From: Tubulanus polymorphus | Lineage: Eukaryota > Animalia > Nemertea | Assembly: GCF_964204645.1 (NCBI RefSeq) | Contig: NC_134030.1 | Coordinates: 21,536,210 to 21,600,209 of the forward strand | DNA length: 64,000 nucleotides | Direction: 5' to 3' | Part shown: positions 37,401-51,111 of the stretch, in pieces | Numbering within the stretch: the stretch's first letter is position 1 | Layout of the letters: each line of letters begins with the position of its first letter | Program-made: the position numbers and the translations under genes | The notes under the pieces: model-generated | Database searches by the model: none | The model's input: only the letters and a program-made list of their open reading frames with translations | Told to the model about the DNA's origin: nothing

Positions 37401-38927
37401 TCGTCCAATTGGTAAATGCCGGTATGTTCGTTAGTTGATGAGAGACATGAATCGCGCGATTAAATTCATTGAAGCCATTAAAAATGTATACGTACCATGG
37501 ACATGGTTGGAGCGTAAATGAATTCGTTTTCGTATTCTTAACATTCGAGAACTCGAGAGTGTTTCAAATATTGGAAAATTCTCTGTAGAAAGTCGGCGTA
37601 GAATGTGTTGTTTAGCAACGCTATTTTCCTGCTTACGAGTCGTTTCGGGAACTAGCTCGATATTGATGACGAAGACTATGATATTTCAGTTGAAGACGAC
37701 TTTATTCTGCACTTGGTATGTGTCTGAATTTCATGCAGACTCCAAGGCTGACTTTGCGAGAATGCGATAATCTGACGATTCTTTTGAATCTTACAAGTTA
37801 TATATATAATATTGGTTACAAACAGAACAAACAGAGAGACATGTGACCGACTGGCAGGTGATAGGTGCCAAACTGGTCATTGTTTCATAGATTAGTGGAA
37901 AATCGGTCTGAGCAGAGGATTAATGAATTACTAAACAAACAAACGAGCAGATAGTTATAGCATGGATAAAATAATAAGACTTAAGATACAATAATATCAA
38001 AGTAGAAATGGCTTTGTTATATTCTCCCTTATTACGTTTGGAAAGTTTTCGTCCTCGAAAATAAAAGAAATATAATAAGTGGAATATGGAGACTGCTTGC
38101 TAAATATATGAAAGAGACTAGATATGACATTTAATTAATAAGAAAATTGAAGGAATTAAAATAAGCAAATAATTGTTTGTTACAGTTGCCTACTCTGAGA
38201 ACCTAATTCCATATTAATTTACAAGAAAAGTTTACGAACAATTGTCCACTTGAATCAGGAGAATTCGACATCAACAGTAATCAACAGTACCTCACTGAGT
38301 CGTTCTTTCACTATAATCAACATATTCAAATTAGATGCTACGATTACGATTACGATTACGATTACGATTACGATTTATTTACACTCCAACCATTTCCGTG
38401 GTATTTGGAGGAAAACTATTACACATCATACAAACAAATATTTACAAAACAACACTGAAGTGATAAAAATTTAGAGAATGAAAACGTAACAAAACATATA
38501 TACATCAACTATTTACAATACTATATATACTATTGGAGGGAGCTGTATACATCTAAGCCGGTCTTAATGAATTTAGCTAATTGGACCGTTGGGTTTTTCT
38601 GAATATCAAGGTTATTAAAGGTATTCAAATTCAAATAGTTTTTGCGGGGTTCGTTAAGTATTTAAGGGTGCTAATATACGTAATATAGCGCTCCTAGCGT
38701 ATATTTATAATACTAAGTAGTTCAGGTAACGAGTGTCCCATTGAAATAGATTATTTGATGAAATAGATAATTTGATTTTCGTTAACGTCATTGCTTTGAA
38801 GTGATGTGTTTAGATCAGAAAACATTAAGTCACCAGTGCGTGTTTGTGTTCGCTACAAACAGGTTTTATCGATTCTACATGAAAAGTTTCCACATTCTGA
38901 TGAAAGTCACATTGATTGACAACTGTT

Positions 38928-41900
38928 TCAGCGAGTTCTCCAAACCCGTTTATTTCTAGCACGAATAGATTTGACATCAATAGTGAGGATGGTGTAAAGA
39001 AGTGGATTCAGTGACGAGTTGATCGGTAGGAAAAGTACCGCCAACCAAGCCGCCACTTGGTTCGGTATTTCTACTCGCAATACAGCGCAAAACTGAACGA
39101 TGATTATCGGTAACCAGCAAAATAAATTACACAGATTTATCACTAAACTCCTACGTGCCAGAATCAATTCGGTAGGATCAGCTCTACCCGAGCCGGACCT
39201 GCTTCCAGATACGAGTCTATACATCTGTGCATACGTCATCATTATTGTAGCAAGTACGACCGAGTTAAACGCGGCAAATATAGCGAATGAGTATTGCCAG
39301 GCGTGGACATTGATGGTTAGTAAGTTCATAGGTAAACAAACGCCAGTTGTGCCGTAAAAGTTATTTCCGAAATAAGTAGATGACGATAGCGGTAGCATTG
39401 AAATGATGCTTAAAATGATCCAACATATGCAACAAATACCGGATACAGATTTCAAAGATATAATTGGGCTTGCAGAAAATGGATTGACGATATTCGAGTA
39501 TCTTTGACGGGTTAGAATGAGCAGAAAAGTTAAAGATCCCTCGCACGAAAGAGTCACTATAATCCCGGCGAGTCGACACAATGAACTATCTGTCCAACTT
39601 TCAGAATTTAAGAAATAAACACCTTTATAGACGTAATCGGCTCCTGCGATCAGAAACAGATAAATCGACATCAGGAAATCACAGGAGGCAATATTAATGA
39701 TGAGGATATCCGAGGATGTGTTACGTGATTCAGAGGTTGAAATTCGAAGTGCTTGAACGCGAATTAAAATGACAATTATGTTCGCAACAAAGCTGAATGA
39801 AGCGATCGCCCAAATGATTGCTCTAAGAACAGTGTTACCCATCAGGTCGGAACAAGATGAAAATTGGTCGGCTTTCGGGAGACACTGGTCAACATTCGGA
39901 ACCATGCAACAAAATTTGTACGCGTCAGAAGCCAAAGAACTTAATAATGTAAGTCTGTCAAACACGGTTCTCACTACGGATATGACTTTCGAATTTTTGG
40001 TTAGATCCAGATTTCTAAGTTTCGTTAATCCATAAAATGCGTCTGGTAAAATGTAATTGATTTTGTTATTGCTAATGTTTAACGACTTTAAAGCGGATAA
40101 ACCATTGAACACATTTCCACCGAGTAATGACAAAGAAAGTCCGTGAAGATCGAGATCGCTTAATGACTTTAAACCTTGAAAACTGTCTTCTTCTAAATAA
40201 CTCACTGGATTCCCAAAAAGCAAGAGCATTTTCAAACTATACAAACCGGCGAATGTATTCGCGATCAATGATATTATGCGGTTATACGTAAGATCTAATG
40301 TATGTAGATTATGTAGGTTTAAGAACGAGTTTGGAACAATATAAGACAAATTGTTACGTGAAATATTGAGGAGATGTAGATAGAGGTAAGAAGAAAACGT
40401 GGACTCATTGAATACAACTCGGTTTTCTGATAAAATCAGAACTCGAGTTGATGCCGAGAAAAGATCAGTAATTTCTACTAAACCAGTATCATCGCAATCA
40501 ATTAAATAACCTTGGCATTTACAATACTCAGGACACGTGATGTTACAGTAAGACTCGTCATCAGTGGTACGTTTACAATTTATAACACCATCACAAACTT
40601 CAGATTGAGGTATACATCGGTTTTCCTGGCCACATTTGAACATGCCGGGACATGATAAAGTCTCGCAGTTTTGCTCGTCTTCTGAATTAGGACAATCTGA
40701 TCGACCATCGCACACCTGTCCCATCGGTATACAGTAAGATGCTGGACATTTTACAGTACCAGCTGGACATTTGAAATCAGAACAACCTTGTATATGTTCG
40801 AGCCTTCTACATACCGGGTAACCAATCGGCATCCTTTCTAAAATACATCTATGACCTCTAGCATAACAATGAGGAGAATCGAAAGAACATCTTTGTTCAT
40901 CAGATTTCTTACATAAGTTTGTGAAGTTAGTCGTGCAGTAGTTCTCATCATTACAGTGAACTGTAGGATTCACTGTAACATTCGATGTTAAAAGTTCATC
41001 TTCTTGGAGGCTTCCGCTACAATCTACAACACCATCCCGATTCAATAGAGAACTGATACATTCACCGCTGTTACATAGAAACCCGTTGCAAAGTTGCGGA
41101 CCACACTCCCGCTCGTCGGAGCCGTCCTTACAGTTAACGATTCCATCACATCGGTACGATCTATCCACACATTGACCACTAGTACAGCGGAATTGTTGGG
41201 GCAAACACGGGGGATGAAAACAGGAGTTCTCATCAGAACCATCCAAACAATCCTTAATGAAATCACAGAATCCACTTATTGATATAACTCGTCCATCTGA
41301 ACAGTGGAACTGACTGTGTAAGTTTGAACCCGAACAATCGAGTTCGTCTTCACCGTGTTGACAGTCGTTTCTGGTATCACATACGCGATGGTTGCTGATA
41401 CATCTTTGATCATTACATTTAAACTGCCACGATTTACAACCGCTTATAGAAGCCAACACTTCATCAGTTACATTGTAGGAACATAGCACGGAATGAACGT
41501 TGTTTGTCTGATTATTCCACGGTTTTATCGACCATTTCAACGACTCGATAAAAGTTATTCCATCCCTTGTCAAAACTGGTTCGATCACTTGAAACATTTT
41601 CCTAGCATCCATAGTCAGTATAGCGCCATATTGGTGTTTAAAACTGAACGCGTCAATTAATGCTTTTATTTCATTTTCCACATGATTAGCTACAATGCCT
41701 ATTTCAGCGTGAAGGTCACGACACATTTTCGTAGCGCTTCGAATATCCAAACCTCGATTGTTGTTCCAATCTGTGAGCATTTGACAACATTTACCGTCCA
41801 CATTTTGCCAACCTCTTTTACAAGTCGAGTCATTGGTTGTATTGGAATTTAGAAAATTTTTATTTCCAGTTAGAAATACGATATCGTTATGAGTATCAGT

Positions 41901-44900
41901 TATTTCTAGGATAGTCGTTGTATTTTGATTTCTAATTGTCGAATTATCCACGCGTTCTGAATCGACGTCAATTCTATCCGATTCACAAATAAAAGTTGTT
42001 CGAGTCTCCTCGATTTGACACGGGAATCGAACCCAGTTCGCTGATCCTCGTGGATTATTCAGTATCATCGCCGTACACAGCATATTGACGTCATTTATCG
42101 GTTGTTTTCGTAGAGGAGATATCAATCCTTGAATAACTTCTGGTATCGTTTCGTTTATCATAGCAGGTTTAAACCACTCTGTGTAGCTCAATGGTTTGCC
42201 ATCAGTCCACGTGTAATAACCATTATTCTGTTAAGATAGAATTCATTTTCATTTATCGACTGCAAAAAATGGTTTCAGCATTTTTATTAACAACTTAATT
42301 AACCATTAACGATTCACTTTAACCACTAACAACTTAACTACTATTAGCGTTAAAAACCCCACTCCATGGCAATGTCACGCCGGGAGTGACAGAGAAAACC
42401 TGAAATATGGTCGTGGTCACTTTACAGGTGACTAGCCTACTGACCTAATTTTCCGTTAGATGGCGAACTAGTCGAGTTTAGTATTTTCTACATTTGACCA
42501 TTCAACTACTGTTAAAAGTTTAGGGCATTCAAATCTTTTGTCTGAAGTCAAGTTAAATCAAATAGTCAGTTACAGTACTTTATATTTTATTATCCTTTTC
42601 AATATTGTTTGCATTAATTCTGTTTGGTAATTTATATCAATTTAGAGTCTTTCGATTTGAATTTACTGTACATTTTACATTTCTTCTGCATTAATTAATT
42701 CCACAATTAATCACATTTATCATGAATCTTTTGGTTTCGAATCCGCGTAATATTTGTTCATTTTTCCTTTCTCTCACTATTTCATGTAGAAGTTACCTTG
42801 AATTTGAGCCCGATCATCATTATAAGCGCCTCCTGGGTATATCCCTTTCTAAGCAGTTTCGTGGCGAATAACCTTTTGACAGAAATCATTTCATCTTGTG
42901 AGTTGATACTGAGAAGATGTCCTCCGTATTTCTGTTGACAGTACATTTCAGCGTTCTCCCAATTCAGTCGTTCATCTTTGATGTATTTGACGCAGGAAAT
43001 TCCCGAATCTAGAAATCCTGATTTACAGCTGATTTCATCAAACTGGTTTTTTGTTAACTTTTCTAAATTGTATTGTATTTGAAATGTGGGAACACGACCT
43101 CTTATCTCAAAATACAATTCATTGTCGATCAAACTATGGAATATACTTCCACGTTTAGCATTAGTTCTGCATAATTTTTTTTGATGGAAGGTTTCGCTTT
43201 TATCGTGAAAGTCATATATCCGTTGCTTAAAAAAAACTGGGTCTTTGTCCGATAGAGATGATTTAGTGCACGGTGTGATCTGAATAAATTTGATTACGAA
43301 TCTGTAATATTGAAATCGATTATTTTCCATTGGGTTTTCAAAGCTATAATATAAAGATGTCGAACTCGACGATCCAAATCCCGGATAGTTCGGTGATTGT
43401 AAGATTCCACATTCGTCCCTATCCGGGAAAAACGAAAAACCAATTGAATATGTTGTACGCGTTTTTTCTACTTGGCATTTGCGACGCAGTTTAAGTAATT
43501 GTTCATAATACCAGAATTGATATTTGCCGAACAATTTCAAAGTGTTTAATACTAAACTGTTATTTAGAAACTGATTTGATAAACTCATTGCCCTGTCACA
43601 TTTACTATTCGAATATCGCGCAGGATAACATGCGCCAATTTGATATTCATATTCTGATGATATATAAATGTTTTCTAAAGGAAGGCGCCGGTTTTCAGGT
43701 GTAATCACCAGACAGTGTGACGTCATAGTGATATGGTTTTCTCCTTCCTGCAGAACATACCCGTCGCAGTCAGTAGGATTGAATTTGAGAGAAAGACTTG
43801 ATTTCGATTTCGAACCGATGATTGGTGTTACTAGTTCTGGAATCCAATTATCCCAGTTATAAGCGTATCCTACTACAGTAACCGGTCCTCCTGATGTAAT
43901 CAAACCGACGACGTTGCGACCGTATTTATAACTAGGACAATACGGACCATAGCGTCTAGCTGTAAAATTACCACCATCATATATATAAAATCCAGCTCTC
44001 TCGCACGTCTCTGATAAAACTGCCAGTTTGAATTTATCCTCAAAAATATCAACTTTCCGTTTAAATACTAAAGTATTTATACGATACGATAATGTTGTCT
44101 TCTTTGATGCCGGGAAGAGTTCGCTTGGAACCAAACTGGCACTTGAGCCAGATATCTACAAAATATGAAATTGATCATTTATCGAATAATCAAAAATTGT
44201 TTTGTTAGATACATTGTTTTACATTATTCTTAAATCATACACTTTATGTATTTATCCGACAAAATAATTGACGAATTTTCCTTGTTCTTAATTACACTTT
44301 TGAATACATTAAAGGGATGTTCCGTATCTTATATTTTCGCACAAGAAATTTAAAGGTTGTACAAAAAAGTTATTTTTTCAAAGATTTATTTAAACATCAG
44401 TTCTTGTACTAATATTCATGTTAAACAAAAATTAATATTTCTCATTTTAACAATTCTACACAAATATCTGTAAAGCAATAACTGAGAAATCATTTGTGGA
44501 CTTGCACGTCTTCTATTGAAAGTGGAAAATTCAACTTCAAACCCATTTTTATTTCTATGGTTCATTTTTACGTATAATTTAGCTGAACCTGAGTAGTTAT
44601 TTTACTTACCCTGTGTTTGTGAACTTGTACGTCTCCTGTGGATAAAGATTTCACTTCAAATTCAATTTTTAAATTCGATTGTAAATCACCTGGTCTTATT
44701 AAAACGCACAGTATGACGAGAAAGCCGTCAGATTTAACACTCAGTGATTCCAGGTAGTTGTAACCGAGTAAAATATCAGTTCCTACAACGCGTAACCCTT
44801 CTAGTTTATATACACCAATGACGTCACCGGATGTGCTGAGATCACGTGTCCAGTTGAAGACGACGTACTCTAACACCTGCACTGTGATAGACCAGCAGTG

Positions 44901-45818
44901 TAAGTGTTTTGATCGAGTTATTACGTGTAAACTGTTGTCATCAGGGATGAGCACTCCAGACTCGTTATTAGAGATTTGAATTAACGGATTAGAGACGTTC
45001 CAATCAGATATTCTATACACCTGAACGAATAGTTGTGATTTAAATGACAAACGGCGTTTTTTTGAGTAAATAATGGCTTTGTTAGTTTTAGTATAAAATG
45101 ATGAAGGTGGATGCCCGGTTTGTTCTGGTATAACAGCTATTGGTTCACTGGTGTTCCATCCGTCGTAAATTTGAACAGTTGCCGCTGATTCAGCGCCAGG
45201 AGATAATCTGAGGACTATCTGTGTAAATGTCAAATTCATAGCAAAACCATCCGGGATCCCGATCCATTCCAAATAAAATTGACAACGATCCAAATATATT
45301 GCGAATTTGTATCCTGTTGACGACGTTTGTAATTTGTTTAATATGGAATTGTATTCTCTGCAGTTGTGAGTGAATTTCAAATTGCTTCGTTCAAAACGAT
45401 ATATGATATAAACCCGACTACCCCGCGCACCATCGACGTTACTTCTAAACATCAACGAGACCGAATCGTTACGACGCATTTCATGTTTTCCTTCACCGCA
45501 GAATCTGTTATCGGACTCACCGACGAGAAGGTAGTTATCACTACAGAATATCGACGGCTCGATGTCGTAGTATAGTTTGATGTTGAAAGTTCCCGGTAAA
45601 GAGCTGTTGACGAACCAACGACATTCAACACCGCGCGTTAACGACGAGTAATTCGGTGAAACGATGTAACCGGACGTAGAATCGACGGGGTACCAAGTGT
45701 TGTTACAAGTCGAACTGACCGTCACAGAGTCAGACAGATCAGCGTGTGCGATGTTAACTTGCCAGACGATCAGCGACGCTATAAACAGCGCTCTCAGTCG
45801 ATCCATACCGAACAGCAT
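38928..45818 (-). CDS. GRL101-like GPCR, copy B, ~1955 aa
   Basis: Exons 45818-44610, 44155-42797 and 42227-38928, all open and in phase 0. Same architecture as copy A. Confidence 0.9.
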
Positions 45819-46669
45819 CAACACGACAGAATGAATCGAATCTTTCAAATTGACGTTCAGATTTCTTCACGTCGAATAGCCGGCGGAAACAGATTACAGT
45901 TCGTCCAATCAGAAAATTCGCTGAGAATTCTTTGAAATAGATATTTTTCGTCGCTGCTGCAATTATTTTGAAACCGATTCCAGTTTTGCATATTTGAATT
46001 TTTGCAGATCAGTTTCTCAATTAGTGACAAATATATATTTCTAAATTTCATGTTACTTGCTAGCAGTGAAAGATCAAAGGCGTCAATTTATTCAACTAAA
46101 CTGTTTAAGTTGGAATTCAGTCCAAGAAACATTTACTAGAACTACATTGATGATGCGTAATCGATTTTCTGTAGTTCAGACTTTTGAGCTAAAGTGTTGA
46201 GATTCAAAGTCAAAATGGATGTATTTTCAGCAATATTTGAGTTTCGGGACAAATCCTAACAAACTGACAGATTTGGTCTGGTATTTCCACTTGGGGTCTT
46301 GCTAATGCAGGCGTGTGCGACAATAAAAATAAATTCTGATGTTGGTGAAGAAGAATCCATTTTGCAGCCCAGTCATTTTTACGTACCACCGGATTTTGGA
46401 ATAAGCTTGGGATTATAGGGATTGGAATAATGGACCAAACAAATTTAGGCAGTTCAGATTTTTAGTGCCATTAGTCTTTTTGAAAAAAAAACTACAGTGG
46501 AACCTCCTTGCAATTTTATTTAGTCAGCCCAGAACTTTGAGTTATTTCGATTCTAAGTCAAAATTGATATATTTTCAATAATATTTGAGTTTTGGGTAAA
46601 TTGAAAAAAGACCCGATAAATAGGCAGTTCAAATTTGAGTTGCATGATCATTTTTGCCGTGGGGAAAAT

Positions 46670-47220
46670 ACAGCGGAACCTCGTTACAACGAACTTCAGG
46701 AGACCAGAAAATCTGTGCGTTATAACCGATAGTTCTATATACAGCGGAACCTCGTTACAACGAATTTCAGGAGACCATAAAATCTGTTCGCTATAACCGA
46801 TAGTTCTATATACAACGGAACCTCGTTACAACGAACTTCAGGAGACCAGAAAATCGTTATAACCGATAGTTCTATATACAGCGGAACCTCGTTACAACGA
46901 ACATCACGGGACCAGAAAATCTGTTCCTTATAACCGATAGTTCTTTAAACAGCGGAACCTCGTTACAACGAACTTCACGGGACCAGAAAATCTGTTCATT
47001 ATAACCGATAGTTCTATATACAGCGGAACCTCGTTACAACGAACTTCAGGAGACCAGAAAATCGTTATAACCGATAGTTCTATATACAGCGGAACCTCGT
47101 TACAACGAACTTCAGGAGACCAGAAAATCGTTATAACCGATAGTTCTATATACAGCGGTACCTCGTTACAACGAACTTCAGGAGACCAGAAAATCTGTTC
47201 GTTATAACCGATAGTTCTTT
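46670..47220 (+). repeat. Tandem repeat, ~8 x 65-71 bp, derived from a Tc1/mariner-pogo-like terminal repeat
   Basis: Each unit starts TA-CAGCGGAACCTCGTTACAACGAAC and contains GTTCGTTATAACCGA. Confidence 0.85.
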
Positions 47221-49414
47221 GTTCTTCGTTGTATTCGGTGTGAAATTAAATAAATTTTCTTACGATGAAATTCTGATTTTGTTAAAATCCTTTAAATCAA
47301 GTTCTTTATATCCAAGTATAAATCCAAAAATCAGTCCGTCGTGGACTAGGATCGGTTTTAACTTAAACCCCGGGCTCCAGTTGCACAAGTCATCTTTAAA
47401 CTCATCTTTAATCCCGAGACTGGTTGTAAGATTTCTTGAAGATTTCTTGGTCTAGAATTTAAGCAACTTATGACTGTACACAACTGACTTCTGAGGTCAG
47501 TTCATGGCTTAGATTTAAGCTCAGACTAAAACCCTCTTAGTTGTATAGTCGACTGTGACTGTCGTGACTGTGGCGACTGGCCCTGAATTACTCGCTATGA
47601 GCCAATTGAGTTAACAAAAGGGCCAACAATAAAACCAGCCTAGGTTTATAGTTAGCTCCAGTTCGAACGAACCTTTGAGCAACTGAGCCCGGTTTTAAGT
47701 CGGCTCCAAAGTTTCTGTGCAACACGTCAGTTACTGGGCGTTGGTTTTGTAGTCAAATGAAAAATATCTAGAAACTTTGAATTACTATGATATTAGATAT
47801 ATGCAGGTAGATATGTATTTTGAAACGAGGAATGATGATTCAGAGGAATCGATCGGGTTTTAGATATCAGGATAGATGAGATGGTGGTTGTTTGAAGTTC
47901 TCTCTAATTAACTTCGAAGCCTTCGGGGCTATATACGCATCGGAACGAGCAACTATCGAGCGGCGAAGTTGAACATATAATTTACAAGCCGAGCAAATGA
48001 CAAGAAGTTGAAAAGTTCATAGATCTTCAATACACGCATTTCGTATATCAACTACTGGTTTTGAAACTTACAGTACAAACCGTATCCTAGGTTACAGCTT
48101 CATTCTGGGATTCTCCGTTTGTCAAATGCGCAAAATGTTTTCAAAGTTTTCCGTCCGAAATACAATTTCGCTCCCGGATTCGCCATTGAAAATATTGATG
48201 TAAAAATCGGAAGCTTTTACAGAATTGCAGAAAGTTACGAACTGGGGTTACATGAATTAACAAATAAGATAGAAAGAAAAAGAATAAACGATCAAGAAAA
48301 CAATCTAAACAGTTTATTGGCGCTTTGAAAAAATAACATTGCTTATGTTGACGACAATAAATAATATAATATCGATTATACAATATTAAGGATCATAAAG
48401 TTTTTTTGGATATGAATATATCGATAGTTGAATTGAATTGACCGGCAACCAGTCTAGTTCCGATTTATTGATGACGTAATGCATACATTTTCGAAAAAGA
48501 TTTTTAAAAATTTATCAAAAATGAAATAAGAGTTAGGAAATATATTTCTAACGGTTTTAACGCGGTAAAAAAAAACAAAACCATACATTAATTGTAGATC
48601 TCCCGTCAGTACGTAGACGGGTTGCACTTCAGTTTTGGTTTTTTAATTCGTCATTATTGAATTACACGATTATTGATGAACAAGAAGATAAAAAGAAAAG
48701 AATGAACATAGAATTTCACACTGAGCTACAAAGGGAAAGAACTATTTACAGGTAGTCGGAATACATCATAAATGTTTATGTTGTATAAAGGTTGCATCAT
48801 TCCATTTCATTCATAATCACTGCCCTCATTTTAGTTCCAGGTGTTACCAACCGCACAGGGTTACAGTCATTTTTTTACCCGGAGTGGCAACCTATCAATG
48901 AATTATTATATGATATACATTTTGTTTGTACATAACTGTTAATTATTCTATATTAATGAAATAAACATTACATTACATCGCATTAGGCGGATCCGTGTTC
49001 CGAAAGTTCTCTGACATTGATATTAAATGATATTAATGACTAAACTAACCACAAAATTCAAATATTTATCGATTGCTGTTTCGGCGTCTGCCTGAAAGTA
49101 CTGTTATAGGTACGTACTCTTCTTATGAATGAAATCATTTTCTCTCAAACGCAAATAAGTTATATCTCTGTAAAACACTGCGCTTAACTCCATTCTGCTC
49201 AAATTTCTGGATGCGCCCCGTGTATATTACAAAGAAAGAAAGAAAGATATCAATTCTCTGCGTTGAAGTTCTCTTTCATAGTACGTAGAAGTTTGCGCCA
49301 AATTTCCCTTTTAGATGCCATTTGTCCCGTCTTAAATTTTCGATTTAAATGAAGCCCACTTATTAAGCTTGTCGTTTATTTATTTGTGAGTTTTGTGTGT
49401 TTCTAATTCATTTT

Positions 49415-50142
49415 TGGATTTGTGAGTCTCTGTTTTGGAAAGACGACCTTGCAAATGTACATGCATTGAGACAACTCAAAGAAATAGCCTGGCGAAATTT
49501 TGAATGAAGCCATTTCGAAAGCCGGTAGGTACCCTTTAGAAAAGAATCTCCAAGCGACCTCCTCACCAATGTTATTGCCTGATAAAATGTGGAAAATTGT
49601 GTATATTTGAATGAATTGAAAATGAACTACAAACACCAGACATTAGACATTTTATCAGCACACTTTCAAAAACTGATCGTCCACACTTCACATGTGTTCA
49701 GTGCTTCACCTGAGACATTTTTAATTGAAAATGAACTACAAACACCAGACATTAGACATTTTATCAGCACACTTTCAAAAACTGATCGTCCACACTTCAC
49801 ATGTGTCCAGTGCTTCACCTGAGACATTTTTAATTGAAAATGAACTACAAACACCAGACATTAGACATTTTATCAGCACACTTTCAAAAACTGATCATCC
49901 ACACTTCACATGTGTCCAGTGCTTCACCTGAGACATTTTTAATTGAAAATGAACTACAAACACCAGACATTAGACATTTTATCAGCACACTTTCAAAAAC
50001 TGATCGTCCACACTTCACATGTGTTCAGTGCTTCACCTGAGACATTTCTAATTGAAAATGAACTACAAACACCAGACATTAGACATTTTATCAGCACACT
50101 TTCAAAAACTGATCGTCCACACTTCACATATGGTCAGTGCTT
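49415..50142 (+). mobile_element. Repeat-carrying dispersed element: ~200-bp flank plus ~5 x 109-bp units
   Basis: Same flank and unit as 16930-18000. Confidence 0.85.
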
Positions 50143-50517
50143 CTGCCAGAAATTACTTTAATCAATGCGCATTTTTTATCGATGCATTTTCCATTTAAAT
50201 ACATATATAGAAAATTAATCATGCTTGGAAAACACTGCGCTCACATTTCTGGATCCATCCCTGGTTACTATTTCATATACAATTTGAATTATCAATTTGT
50301 TAAAAACCACCGCCACAAATCTATCAATTTTATGATTTACATATCTCGAGAATTAATAAATACCGTATCTTAACCGATGATAATGAATGCTATAATCGAT
50401 ATAGGTTTAGTTAAGGGACAACATATGATTATCGTGGTATTTACAAACTTTGAATTTTGAATTTTTTGAATTGTGTTTTTTTCTATTTGATTTTATTTGT
50501 CTTGAGTAAATCATTTA

Positions 50518-50970
50518 ATGTGTTCGACCGTCACTAGAGGCGTTGCACGTGACGCCATAGAGCTTCACTTCATTTATGACTGCACTTTGCTAAGCGATCT
50601 GCGTGATAATTCCATCCATTTAAGTATGTCCAGGAACTTAGAAACATTAAGGAATCCTACCCCACAAATAGCTAAATTTATCCAGTTAGGTTTAAGTTTA
50701 TACAAATCCCTCCAGTGAATTATGTATATACGTGTGATATATCTTGCTGTATATAATTCAATCTCTGTACTTGCTTTGTCTGTAAATAGTTTTACTGAAA
50801 ATTAGATTTTAAATTTTGTTAATTCCTATTTTGTTTTGTCTGTATGTATATATGTATATAATTCCGTTCATGTTTTGTAAATCTTTATATTTCATATTTT
50901 GTATTCAATCTTGCCTCCACGTACCATCCTTATGGTTGGAGTGAAATAAATATCTTATCTTATATTATCT
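50518..50970 (+). mobile_element. LINE 3' end: CCHC-like ORF2 terminus, 3' UTR, stem-loop, AATAAA and short-repeat tail
   Basis: ELHFIYDCTLLSDLR, then CCTCCA..TACCA..ATGGTTGGAGTG-AAATAAAT-(ATCTT)n. The same tail occurs inverted at 38340-38411 with (ATCGTA)n. Confidence 0.6.
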
Positions 50971-51111
50971 AGTTCAGTTGCCCGTGTCATTCATTGGAGG
51001 AATAATTATGGGCGACGTAATTAGTACGTATTTCATGATTCTAAGCTGACTTTAAGTTAAAAATTGGATTGCAGAGTAGTGTAATTTTAATGCCGTCTAT
51101 ATTTTATGACG

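Larger units (their letters stand above)
26911..46594 (+). repeat. Tandem segmental duplication: unit A ~26911-35657, unit B ~35661-46594
   Basis: Both units start CCGAACGTGCTAAAACTCGGAAGGG and end ...TCAATAATATTTGAGTTTTG. Unit B carries an extra ~1.65 kb (36812-38460). Confidence 0.93.
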
